The position numbers and the translations under genes were made by a program. From Vitreimonas sp. (GTDB taxonomy: Bacteria; Patescibacteriota; Microgenomatia; UBA1400; PJMF01), in assembly GCA_035627515.1 (NCBI GenBank), contig DASPLQ010000012.1, positions 970,331 to 1,034,330 of the forward strand: a DNA stretch of 64,000 bases, in the 5' to 3' direction. This document shows, in pieces, positions 1 to 8,946 of the stretch (positions within the stretch are counted from its first letter, which is position 1; each line of letters starts with the position of its first letter). The notes under the pieces are model-generated. The model did no database searches, was not told the DNA's origin, and was given only the letters and a program-made list of their open reading frames with translations.

Positions 1-2
1 TT

Positions 3-284
3 GTGTTGGCAGTAGCAGCTTGGGCCACTATTAAACGCTCTCGGACGGGCTGGCTGATCTTAGCCGGTCTAGTTACAGCCTTGGTGATCGTGATTATTTG
101 GTTGTTCTTCTGTGATCTGTTACCTTGGCTCTACTACGCCTTGGGTATCACGTTGATTGCTTTGGGTGTACGCGAAATGTGGAAGCAAAATCGCGATCAG
201 CGTCCCCCACAAGTACCTGAACAGCCAGCCATTAATCCGGCTCCACGGCGCCGCCGCGTCAATTTGAGATTTTTCTCGTTGTAA
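3..284 (+). CDS. Membrane protein, probably a 3' fragment of a gene starting before the window
   Basis: Open from the window edge; hydrophobic helices and a Pro/Arg-rich tail; followed by a terminator. Confidence 0.65.
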   Translation: MLAVAAWATIKRSRTGWLILAGLVTALVIVIIWLFFCDLLPWLYYALGITLIALGVREMWKQNRDQRPPQVPEQPAINPAPRRRRVNLRFFSL

Positions 285-303
285 AAAATTAACTTTTAAT
301 TAA

Positions 304-337
304 AACCCCCCACTATTTTTAGTGGGGGGTTGTTTTT
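304..337 (+). terminator. Intrinsic terminator
   Basis: 12-bp perfect stem AACCCCCCACTA/TAGTGGGGGGTT with TTTT loop, then GTTTTT; A-run upstream suggests it may act in both directions. Confidence 0.85.
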
Positions 338-355
338 CCTCTGGAAATTGAAGTG

Positions 356-385
356 TTGACATTCATGCTTTTTTCGTGTCATAAC
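356..385 (+). promoter_or_regulatory. Candidate sigma70 promoter of the tasA/sipW operon
   Basis: TTGACA (356-361), 18 nt spacer, TG-n-CATAAC (weak -10). Confidence 0.45.
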
Positions 386-463
386 TATGCATGCTCGTAC
401 AAACTATCTGCCCAGATCGTTTTAGACAGCTCATGCATTTTGCACACATTACAATGTAGGTCA

Positions 464-496
464 GCTCACTAACCTTTAATGGGGTGAGTTTTTTTA
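464..496 (+). terminator. Terminator-like hairpin inside the tasA 5' leader
   Basis: GCTCACT..GGTGAGT stem with G-U pairs, followed by a T-run. Confidence 0.45.
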
Positions 497-636
497 TTAG
501 CAAAATGTCGCTAGCTAGACGACAACCACAGCCGCTTGTACAGTATAAAAAATAAAGACGCAATATTTACTTTTTACTTCGCTTTGTTCAGTATTAAGTA
601 TATAAACAATATATAGAAAGGAGGTGAAAAAAAATT

Positions 637-1506
637 ATGAAACGCATATTAAAAGCTTTAGTTGTAGTGGGTTTACTCTCAACTAGTGCAGGTATGGGCA
701 CTTACGCTCTCTTCACTAGTTCAGTTTCAGCCGCTAACAACGTTATCCAAACCGGTACTTTACGGTTAGCGATCGACTCTACCCGAGCTCATATCTTAGC
801 TCTCCCACACGTTTGGAACGGTGGTAATGGTGGTGTTGTCGCTCCTTATGACGCCTATACAATCGCTCAAGATGTCAACGGAGTTTCGACTCAATATGAC
901 ACCTTGGAAGCTTGGTTAGGTGCAGCTCCTGGCGCTTTCGATCCTTATATGAACGACGCTGGTGCTGACGCATTACAAGATGGAAACCACAGTTATTGGG
1001 TAGCTTTCCGTAACAACGGTACTATCTCAATGAAAGTTTCCAGTAATGTAACTGGTGGAACATGGACCATGGATCCTGGAGTTGCTGCAACACCAACCTG
1101 TTCAGCCTTCAATCCTAACGTCGCTGGTGTCGTCACTGTCCGTAACGTACATTTGTACGCTGCTGACAACTGTGAGGCCCACGAAGAGTGTGAGAACTTA
1201 TATTACGCTCTCGAGACCGGTCCTTGGAACTATGCTAACACTTACAGTGATGGATCAGCGTTAGCCGCTCCTGTGAACATTGGTAACGGCACTCCTGTGA
1301 CCGGTACTGTGTACGCAACTCAAAACGGTACAACTGCTACTCCAGCTGTTCAGTTAGATGCTTCAGAATACGTGATCGCTCGTATCGATGTTAACTTCGA
1401 TACAACCGGCGTCGTACCTGCTGCTCAAGAGAACTGTTATCAAGGTGCTACTTTCAACTACACGTTGAATGGTAATGCCTATCAAATGACCGACGGTACT
1501 TGGTAG
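637..1506 (+). CDS. TasA/CalY (camelysin)-like fibre subunit with SipW-class signal peptide
   Basis: GTYA|LFTSS cleavage motif; NNVIQTGTLRL resembles TasA/CalY NxFxxGTLDL; C-terminal ENCYQG; adjacent to sipW; full SD AAGGAGGTGA. Confidence 0.85.
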   Translation: MKRILKALVVVGLLSTSAGMGTYALFTSSVSAANNVIQTGTLRLAIDSTRAHILALPHVWNGGNGGVVAPYDAYTIAQDVNGVSTQYDTLEAWLGAAPGAFDPYMNDAGADALQDGNHSYWVAFRNNGTISMKVSSNVTGGTWTMDPGVAATPTCSAFNPNVAGVVTVRNVHLYAADNCEAHEECENLYYALETGPWNYANTYSDGSALAAPVNIGNGTPVTGTVYATQNGTTATPAVQLDASEYVIARIDVNFDTTGVVPAAQENCYQGATFNYTLNGNAYQMTDGTW

Positions 1507-1520
1507 TTTATGACCATCCT

Positions 1521-1544
1521 TATCGCCTGAGCAATCGGGCGATA
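1521..1544 (+). promoter_or_regulatory. Intergenic stem-loop with GNRA tetraloop and no U-tract
   Basis: TATCGCCTGA-GCAA-TCGGGCGATA, 10 bp with one G-U pair. Confidence 0.6.
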
Positions 1545-1548
1545 GGCT

Positions 1549-2208
1549 ATGAGCACAAACTCAACTATGAAATCAAAAAGAGCTCAACGAGTAGGATTAT
1601 TTTTCTCAGTTTTAGAGACGGTGGGAATTATTTTATTAGTTGCTTTAGCTGCAATTACTTTTGGGACGCGAATCCCTTTGTTAGCTAACTTAGGAATTAA
1701 CTTTTTTGCGGTGACGTCAGGTTCCATGGAACCAACCATCTCAACTGGCTCACTTATTTATGTGGGAAAGTTTTTACCTGAGGCTCTTAAAGAGGGTGAC
1801 ATCATTACCTATAAAAAGGTCAGTGGTGAAAATACTACCCCAACCGTAATAACTCATCGGATTATCAAGGTTAATAAGACAGAAGAAACCCAACAAACTA
1901 ATTCGGGTGAAAAGAAATTAGTTACGTATGAGTTCAAGACTAAAGGTGATGCTAATGGTCAAGAAGATGCCTATAATGTAGTTTTGGGTGAAATTATTGG
2001 CCTTTATAAATGGCACGTTCCTAGTCTAGGTTACTTAACTTCCTTTGCACAAACCCCCTTTGGATTTGCTACACTGGTAATTGTGCCCGCTGTGATTTTG
2101 GTTATGTGGGAAGTACTTTCATTGATGCTACACTTTAAGCAAGAATACGCATTAAAATCAGAAAGAGAGATCGCAAAACTGCGAGCTGAATTAGAAAACA
2201 AAAGTTAA
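1549..2208 (+). CDS. sipW: Signal peptidase I, SipW / ER-type (S26B)
   Basis: VTSGSMEPT (catalytic Ser), ITHRI (His), TKGDAN..D; N- and C-terminal TM helices. Confidence 0.92.
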   Translation: MSTNSTMKSKRAQRVGLFFSVLETVGIILLVALAAITFGTRIPLLANLGINFFAVTSGSMEPTISTGSLIYVGKFLPEALKEGDIITYKKVSGENTTPTVITHRIIKVNKTEETQQTNSGEKKLVTYEFKTKGDANGQEDAYNVVLGEIIGLYKWHVPSLGYLTSFAQTPFGFATLVIVPAVILVMWEVLSLMLHFKQEYALKSEREIAKLRAELENKS

Positions 2209-2212
2209 AACC

Positions 2213-5200
2213 ATGTCCAAACGAATCACTTTTTTTACTAGCATCAAAATAATTTTACCTTTTATTGCTTTAATGCTGTCGGTAGTTGGTGTGACTTACC
2301 AGTTTAATGGTACTGGTGCTTTTGTTACTTCAGCTGTTCAAGCTGCCAGTAACCTTATTGGTCCTGGTCTTTTCCCAACCCCTTGTACCGAGGGTGAGAA
2401 ATGGTTAGATGAGGTGATTACAGGTCAAACGACCCAAGGACCGTTGAAGAATAACTCTCCAGTCACTGATCCGTTGCGAACTGATCCTACAAAATTGTTG
2501 GGCTCAACCGATAGTGCTTTTTACTCTCTAGGTAAAGCTGGGGTAGTGGTTGCTCGGTTCGAGAACTCGATTGAAGATGGCTCAGGTGATGACTTAGTCA
2601 TCAATGAAGTCACTTTTGGTGATCGTAACACCTATGCAGAAGAGACGGCTTTAGTAGAAGTAAGTCAAGATGGCACGACCTGGTTTGCACTTCCGGAAGC
2701 GGTGACCAGTAAAGCTACTGGTGGTGTGAATGGACTTGATATTTCCAGTACTGGTTTGTCATCAGTCTTATATATCCGTTTAACTGACACTACTAATTTT
2801 GGTCCTCACGACGCCAACGCTGATGGTATTGATATTGAATCAGTACAAGCTATCTACGGCCTCTGTGAAGTCTTACCAGTTGAGTCGGGCTCTATCTCTG
2901 GTGCTAAATACCAAGACAACAACACTAATGGCCAAAAAGATAATGGGGAGAGTGGTTTACAAGGATGGAGTATTTATGCTGGGGTTAAAGTGTGGGAAAG
3001 TGATGTCCAAGCTCAAGATACTCCAGCAGTTAACTCACCAAATCTTGATAACGGTGTTGCATATATTGCGCGAGTCACTGGGACGTACGATGCTGGTGAT
3101 GGTATTAATGCTGATGCTCTGTATTCCTATCGCACACCCACTTCTAGTTCCTGGACTGACGCAGTTAATAGCTACGAAGGTTATGGTCCTACTTTATTAG
3201 ACCTACAAATTGACGGTAGCTCAGTTAGCTGGGGTGATTACAACACTAATCATGTTTATTGGTTGCCATTAACTGGCGCTGGTACCACCAAATCTTTTGA
3301 AATTTATGACCTTAATAATGGTTCTAATAACGCGGGCAACCTCCATGTCGAGTTATTCCGCGTCATTGCTCAAGATATTACCGATGCTACTGGTAATTAC
3401 GATCTCGATTGGTCAGGTTATCCGACGGACACGATTTACCTATTCGAAGGTATGCAAAGTGGCTGGACACAAACCGAGCCCGGTGCAGCTAACTACTATC
3501 ATTCAGTTGCTGCTGATCAACGCGAAAACACCTTCAATTTTGGTAATCAACAAAGTAACGTCAGTGCACCGCAGATTTCCGATGTTACTGTCTGTAAAGT
3601 TGACCAAGCACAACAAGCCCTGAATGGCTGGAAGATGGTGCTTCATCAACCTTCAGTTTTAGAAACAGTGCGTGTTTACCCATCCGATGCCAATGGTGCC
3701 TTCGGCGGCTCAGTTAATCAAATAGTCGCCTCTAGTAACTTAAGTTTGGATGATTACGTCCTGATGGCAAATGGGATGTACACGTACCGCAGTGAGATGA
3801 ATGCGACTAGTAGTGATGCTACCTTCTCACAACGCGCTACTTATGATCCAGTCTATGGTGGTGCATATGCGCCTTGGGTTAACGTCACCACTTTCCCTAA
3901 TCCAAATACGGGTTGGTTAGGAGTGATGGTTAATGGCAGCAGTACCAACTGGGCTAATGCTTACAACCCTGACCATATTTACGCCTTAGGTTATGAAAAT
4001 TACAGTGGTCAATTTAACTTCACTATTCTTGATGACATTTATTCAGACAATAATGGTTACATCGATGTTGCTGTGTACAAAGGATGGGCTCAAGAGACAG
4101 CTAGTAACGGTTGTACGACTTTCCAAGATGTTCCTTATGGTAGTTACACTTTAGAAGAAATTGGTCAAAGTGGTTGGCAATACCAAAGTGGTGACCAAGG
4201 TACAGTCGTTGTCGATGGTGCTACCGAAACCTTTACTTTAGTCAATGCAGCCGTAAATACCAATACTGCTCCTGTTTCTAGCATGACTGTGACCAGTAGT
4301 CCTACAAAACAAATTGAGAATCGAATTTCTAATGGTGGCTTTGAATCAGGCTTGGATAACTGGACACATGTTGGTGATGTAGAAGTCATTAACAGTAGTG
4401 ATGTCAGTGCCGATCCTGCTGTCTTTGGTCAAAAACTGGTTCGCATTGGCCGGCCTACCAGCCCTGGCAACAGTGTGGATGTCAATATCTTGTCACAAGA
4501 TGTCAGCAATGCAGGTAATGGTTTGCGCTCTGTCGGCTTCTGGTACAACTTTAAGACCTTTGAATCAGGTGATGGCTTTGATGAGCCTGGCTTCATGGTT
4601 TTCGTAGGTGATCAGATGGTACACCAAGTATGGGCCAGTGATGTGCTAACAGACAGCAACAGTGCTACCCTCGATGAATCGGGTTGGCAATTCATCTCCA
4701 TTGACTTAACAGACTTGTCTGACTCGACTCTCAGCTTAGCCTTCTATGGTGGAAACTCTGGTGATCTTAGTTATCAGTCATATGTAGAAGTTGATAACGT
4801 CACCACTAATGAAGCCGCTGTAAATGCAGCTGCTGAGTTCACCCTGCAAGCTACCGATAACACTGCCGTCAGTGCCGTTCATTATCGCTACACAGTCGGT
4901 GGTTCGGAAACCCACGTTTCCACTGCCGGTGATACTGTTAACTTCTCCATTACGGCTCAGCCAGACAATGGCATTATCGAGTACTGGGCTGTTGATAGCG
5001 CCAGTATGGAAGAAAATCACAAGAGCTTCCACGTTATGTATGATAATGCAGCGCCCGCAGCTATTGCTAACCTAGATGTTACCGATGATAGTAATGGCGA
5101 CTTTACTTTGACCTGGGTAGCCCCCACAGATGCTAATCCGTATAACCTCGACAAAGCCGCTGAATATGATATCCGCTACGCTACTAATCAAGGGGACTTG

Positions 5201-6289
5201 ACCGCTGCTAACTGGGACAGCTTACCTCAAGCAACAATTAAAAACATCGATGGCTTGCCTGGTGGTGGTACTCGAGCACCTTTAATGTCAGGTAGTACCG
5301 AAGTGTACAGTGTTCACGTCAATGGTAGCTCCAGTGAGTATTGGTTTGCAGTTCGCTCACGAGATCGAGCTCGCAACCTTTCCGATCTCTCAGAGGTTAG
5401 TAGTTCTGGCACCACTAGTACACCAGTCTCAGTTCAAGCTGGCGATGTCATCATTAATGAAGTGATGTGGATGGGTAGCACTACTGGTCCAGCAGATGAG
5501 TGGATTGAGTTGCGCAATATGACTAGTGCTGACATTAACTTAACCAACTGGACAGTTGAAGGCTTAGGAACCGGTGGCGCTTTGACCATTACTTCAGGCA
5601 CCTTACCTGCTAATGGTTACTTCGTCATTGCTAACTCTGCAGCAGCTTCATCTGCCTTACTCAACGAACCTCACTTTGTGACCAGTACTGTTGAGTTAGC
5701 TAACACCGGTGAACAGCTAATTCTCAAAGACAGTAGTGCCGCACTTATCGATCAAACGCCGGCTGGTGTCTGGGCTGCAGGTAGTAATACTGCTCAGAAG
5801 CGATCGATGGAACGCAACAACACTCCTGGTGATGGCAGTGATGTCGCTAATTGGCACAGCTGTGATTCACAAAGCTGTACAGAAGCGCGCTCACTTTATT
5901 GGGACAGTGTAGGGGAGAACTATGGCACACCAAACGCCGCTAACTTATCTTTCACTGAAGCTGAGATAGTGCCTGAAGCTCACTTGACCCAACCTAACCC
6001 TGAGCACGTTTTATTAAGCCTCTCAGGTGTGCAGATCTACACCACTGCTGAATACACTATTGAGTATCAACACGAAGTAGATGGTCAACAGGTCAGTGAT
6101 GCTATTACTGATAAATTGGAGTTTCCATTAACGAGTCGTGATATTAAAACAGCAGAGTTGTTCTTAGGCACCTGTTCTAGCGATGAACAAAGCTGTGTTC
6201 CACACCAAAAAGTCACTTTACTTAAAGCCACAATTACTCTCAAGGCTGAGGGTGTGAGTGACAAAACATTAGCAGTAGAATTAGAATAA
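2213..6289 (+). CDS. Large secreted multidomain adhesin with SipW-class signal peptide (SdrD-B-like, lectin-like, CBM-like, FN3, lamin-tail domains)
   Basis: GTGA|FVTS motif; SISGAKYQDNNTNGQKDNGESGLQGW (SdrD B-like); ISNGGFESGLDNW (CBM-like); FTLTWVAP..YDIRY..YWFAVRS (FN3); GDVIINEVMW..DEWIELRN (LTD). Confidence 0.85.
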   Translation: MSKRITFFTSIKIILPFIALMLSVVGVTYQFNGTGAFVTSAVQAASNLIGPGLFPTPCTEGEKWLDEVITGQTTQGPLKNNSPVTDPLRTDPTKLLGSTDSAFYSLGKAGVVVARFENSIEDGSGDDLVINEVTFGDRNTYAEETALVEVSQDGTTWFALPEAVTSKATGGVNGLDISSTGLSSVLYIRLTDTTNFGPHDANADGIDIESVQAIYGLCEVLPVESGSISGAKYQDNNTNGQKDNGESGLQGWSIYAGVKVWESDVQAQDTPAVNSPNLDNGVAYIARVTGTYDAGDGINADALYSYRTPTSSSWTDAVNSYEGYGPTLLDLQIDGSSVSWGDYNTNHVYWLPLTGAGTTKSFEIYDLNNGSNNAGNLHVELFRVIAQDITDATGNYDLDWSGYPTDTIYLFEGMQSGWTQTEPGAANYYHSVAADQRENTFNFGNQQSNVSAPQISDVTVCKVDQAQQALNGWKMVLHQPSVLETVRVYPSDANGAFGGSVNQIVASSNLSLDDYVLMANGMYTYRSEMNATSSDATFSQRATYDPVYGGAYAPWVNVTTFPNPNTGWLGVMVNGSSTNWANAYNPDHIYALGYENYSGQFNFTILDDIYSDNNGYIDVAVYKGWAQETASNGCTTFQDVPYGSYTLEEIGQSGWQYQSGDQGTVVVDGATETFTLVNAAVNTNTAPVSSMTVTSSPTKQIENRISNGGFESGLDNWTHVGDVEVINSSDVSADPAVFGQKLVRIGRPTSPGNSVDVNILSQDVSNAGNGLRSVGFWYNFKTFESGDGFDEPGFMVFVGDQMVHQVWASDVLTDSNSATLDESGWQFISIDLTDLSDSTLSLAFYGGNSGDLSYQSYVEVDNVTTNEAAVNAAAEFTLQATDNTAVSAVHYRYTVGGSETHVSTAGDTVNFSITAQPDNGIIEYWAVDSASMEENHKSFHVMYDNAAPAAIANLDVTDDSNGDFTLTWVAPTDANPYNLDKAAEYDIRYATNQGDLTAANWDSLPQATIKNIDGLPGGGTRAPLMSGSTEVYSVHVNGSSSEYWFAVRSRDRARNLSDLSEVSSSGTTSTPVSVQAGDVIINEVMWMGSTTGPADEWIELRNMTSADINLTNWTVEGLGTGGALTITSGTLPANGYFVIANSAAASSALLNEPHFVTSTVELANTGEQLILKDSSAALIDQTPAGVWAAGSNTAQKRSMERNNTPGDGSDVANWHSCDSQSCTEARSLYWDSVGENYGTPNAANLSFTEAEIVPEAHLTQPNPEHVLLSLSGVQIYTTAEYTIEYQHEVDGQQVSDAITDKLEFPLTSRDIKTAELFLGTCSSDEQSCVPHQKVTLLKATITLKAEGVSDKTLAVELE

Positions 6290-6306
6290 CGAAATACCTA
6301 TACGTC

Positions 6307-7671
6307 ATGAAAAAACTCATTGCTGCCTTATTTACCGCTGTTGGTTTGAGTTGGGCTGTAGCCGCTCCAGTTCAGGCTGGTACTAACTTAACTGTTACCT
6401 GTCCCGCTGTTGGCACGTGTAGCATTAGTCCCAGTGGCACACCACTTTTTGACGAAGCTGGTTGGATTCCAGGTTCCAGTGTCACACAGTATTTCCGGAT
6501 GTCTAACACTTCTTCACAAAACGGTTTTGCAGCAGTAGAAGTTGTTAACTACACCGAGACTAAAAACTTAGGTGCAGTGATTGATATTGAGATTCGTAAG
6601 AACTCGCCTTTAGGACCATTGGTGTATAACGGTGTTAGCCTCCATGATTTTAGAGATGATGGCTACTTTACGATCGATGGCATGAATGCCGGTCAAACCA
6701 CTGATTATTTTGTGATTGCTACCATGCGCACTACAGCTGGTAATGAGTACCAAGGTGCTATGGTCCGGTTTGATTTAAATATGGGCTTAGAAATCACCCC
6801 TATCCCACCTCAAAGCGGTGGTGGTGACGGTGCGGGTAACCCCGGTGGCGGTGGTGGTGGCACGTCTGCACCTGGACCAGCTTCACCCCCAGTTTGTACT
6901 GCTCAAGTTCCTTCAGCTGCTCCCAGTGTAACTATCTCTAATGTCGGCACTAATACAGTGACGCTCACTTGGACAGCTGTCAGTCCAGTTACTCATTATG
7001 GCTTATTCTTCACTCGTAACTCTGATGGCGCCCAATACGGTGCCCCCAATATTGGGAATGTGAACTCTTACACCATTACTAACTTGTCGGGTGGTGCTAA
7101 CTATACCTTCCAAGTCTTCGGTGTTAACGACTGTGCTCCTGGACCCCGATCTGGCAATGCTAGCTCCGGTGTGGTGCCAGGTCCGTTCATTGATGCCCGA
7201 CCAGTTGGTCCAGGTGGTCAAGTGCTCGGCGTCAGTACTGAAGCTTCGCCTTCACCTAGTCCCTCTCCTTCACCTTCACCCAGTGCTTCACCATTAGGTG
7301 AGGTGGCAGGCGCTGCCATAGAGGTTTGTTCACAATGGAAACTATATATTCCTTGGATCCTGCTTGTTATGCAGCTATTCTTCATCTTGGTTGCGGAGTA
7401 TTACTTCCGCCGCGATGAAGGTTGGACAAAGTACTTCATTATTGTAGGTGTCACACTAGCGTCCATTGCCATCTTCTATTGGCTCAGAGAGTGTAACTGT
7501 TTCGGACGCTGGTCATGGCTAGTCTGGTTATGTAAATGGTACTGGTTGGTGTCATTGATCTTGACCTTACTACTTCGCTTGTTCAGCTACGCCTTCCTCG
7601 AAGAAACAGAAGACGAGAGTGACAAGCCCAAGCCAGCTGTCAAAAAAGAAGTGGTTGAGATCAAAGAGTAA
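6307..7671 (+). CDS. Membrane-anchored surface protein: TasA-like domain, FN3, Ser-Pro linker, 3 C-terminal TM helices
   Basis: SPase I signal ending VQA; LFDEAGWIPGSS..MSN and GNEYQG TasA-like motifs; VTLTW..YTITNLSGGANYTFQV (FN3); hydrophobic C-terminus. Confidence 0.75.
   Translation: MKKLIAALFTAVGLSWAVAAPVQAGTNLTVTCPAVGTCSISPSGTPLFDEAGWIPGSSVTQYFRMSNTSSQNGFAAVEVVNYTETKNLGAVIDIEIRKNSPLGPLVYNGVSLHDFRDDGYFTIDGMNAGQTTDYFVIATMRTTAGNEYQGAMVRFDLNMGLEITPIPPQSGGGDGAGNPGGGGGGTSAPGPASPPVCTAQVPSAAPSVTISNVGTNTVTLTWTAVSPVTHYGLFFTRNSDGAQYGAPNIGNVNSYTITNLSGGANYTFQVFGVNDCAPGPRSGNASSGVVPGPFIDARPVGPGGQVLGVSTEASPSPSPSPSPSPSASPLGEVAGAAIEVCSQWKLYIPWILLVMQLFFILVAEYYFRRDEGWTKYFIIVGVTLASIAIFYWLRECNCFGRWSWLVWLCKWYWLVSLILTLLLRLFSYAFLEETEDESDKPKPAVKKEVVEIKE
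7243..7293 (+). repeat. Coding (Ser-Pro)n low-complexity linker
   Basis: ASPSPSPSPSPSPSASP encoded by varied codons. Confidence 0.8.
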
Positions 7672-7707
7672 CTTGTCTAATTTCCTAAAACTCCGCATAA
7701 TGGGAGA

Positions 7708-8652
7708 GTGTCAAATCTGCTCAAAACGTTAGCGCACTTGTTTCATCCACGGCGATCCAATAACCACCGGGCGCGTGTGCTGCACCCCGAAGCATTAGCC
7801 TATCTGATTTTGATCGTGATTGGCTTTGGGGGTTTAATCCAAAGCGTTAGTTTTTTACCACTGGGGTGGGGTGATGTTTTAGGTTTTGCCTCTTCTATTA
7901 CTCCTAATCAAGTTATCGAACAGACCAATCAAGAACGCCAAAAAGTGGGTTTGCCTCCGCTGGTTTATAACGAACGTTTAGCCCAGGCAGCCCTTTCCAA
8001 AGGCCAAGATATGTTCTCTGAACAATACTGGGCCCATACCTCACCAGCCGGAAAGCAACCATGGGCGTTTATTAAAGACTCAGGATATACCTACCGAGCT
8101 GCTGGAGAAAATCTAGCGCGTGATTTTTCAAATACCGATGACATGGTCCGAGCTTGGATGGCGTCACCTACGCACCGGGCTAACATCGTCAATGCCAAGT
8201 ATCAAGAAATTGGGATTGCGGTCATTGATGGTGAGTTGCAAGGTTTTGAAACAACATTGGTAGTCCAGATGTTTGGAACCCCAATGGCTGGCGCACCACA
8301 GGTAGCACAGGCTGAGGAGCCCGTAGCCGTAGTCAATGAAGTAGTCCCAGTGGAAGAAACAGCACCTTTACCCGTTGCAACCGAAACCCAACCCAACACT
8401 CCCACGGTGCTAGCTCAAGCGTTAGTTCCCCAGGGTAGTCTTACGGTGCCACCCTTTTTCTCACCGCTGCACTTAACCAAAGCCTTTTTCTTAGCTGTGA
8501 TCTTGTTATTAATTTTTACTCTCATTTACGATGCATTCATTATCAGTCATCGCCAAACCTTACGCTTAGTGGGCAAGAACTTGGGTCATATCATCTTTTT
8601 GACCATCATTGGCTTTTTGGTGATTTTATTTAAGGGAGGCTTAGTAGGCTAA
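7708..8652 (+). CDS. CAP (SCP/Tpx-1/Ag5) domain membrane protein
   Basis: TNQERQKVGLPPL, YWAHTSP, AGENLA, WMASPTHRANI; GTG start. Confidence 0.9.
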   Translation: MSNLLKTLAHLFHPRRSNNHRARVLHPEALAYLILIVIGFGGLIQSVSFLPLGWGDVLGFASSITPNQVIEQTNQERQKVGLPPLVYNERLAQAALSKGQDMFSEQYWAHTSPAGKQPWAFIKDSGYTYRAAGENLARDFSNTDDMVRAWMASPTHRANIVNAKYQEIGIAVIDGELQGFETTLVVQMFGTPMAGAPQVAQAEEPVAVVNEVVPVEETAPLPVATETQPNTPTVLAQALVPQGSLTVPPFFSPLHLTKAFFLAVILLLIFTLIYDAFIISHRQTLRLVGKNLGHIIFLTIIGFLVILFKGGLVG

Positions 8653-8909
8653 TGAAAAATGAACTTCTCCGCCATCGCTTAGCTTACCTGATTTTAGTGA
8701 CAGGTTTAGGTGGGTTGACCTTGCTTTATTTGTCAGTGTGGCCAAATCTGGCATATCAACGACTTGTGATTTTAGCGTTATGTTTGTTTTATTTTGCATG
8801 GGGAGTAAGTACTCATTTGAAGACTGACCGTTACACCAACCGCGTTGCCTATGAATACTTGGGGATGTCTGCGCTGGGAGGAATGGTATTATTTCTTGTC
8901 ACCTTGTGA
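8652..8909 (+). CDS. Small 3-TM membrane protein
   Basis: Start overlaps the upstream stop (TAATG); hydrophobic helices. Confidence 0.75.
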   Translation: MKNELLRHRLAYLILVTGLGGLTLLYLSVWPNLAYQRLVILALCLFYFAWGVSTHLKTDRYTNRVAYEYLGMSALGGMVLFLVTL

Positions 8910-8946
8910 CATATCTATGATAGACTAACCCACAGGAAAGGACTCT

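Noticed and set aside
363-563. 66-aa minus-strand Cys-rich ORF
   Set aside because: TTG start, no recognisable motif, antisense to the tasA leader; probably spurious
390-600. c-di-GMP-I riboswitch before tasA
   Set aside because: Only scattered fragments (CAAA, GACGCAA); the GNRA/receptor two-stem layout is absent
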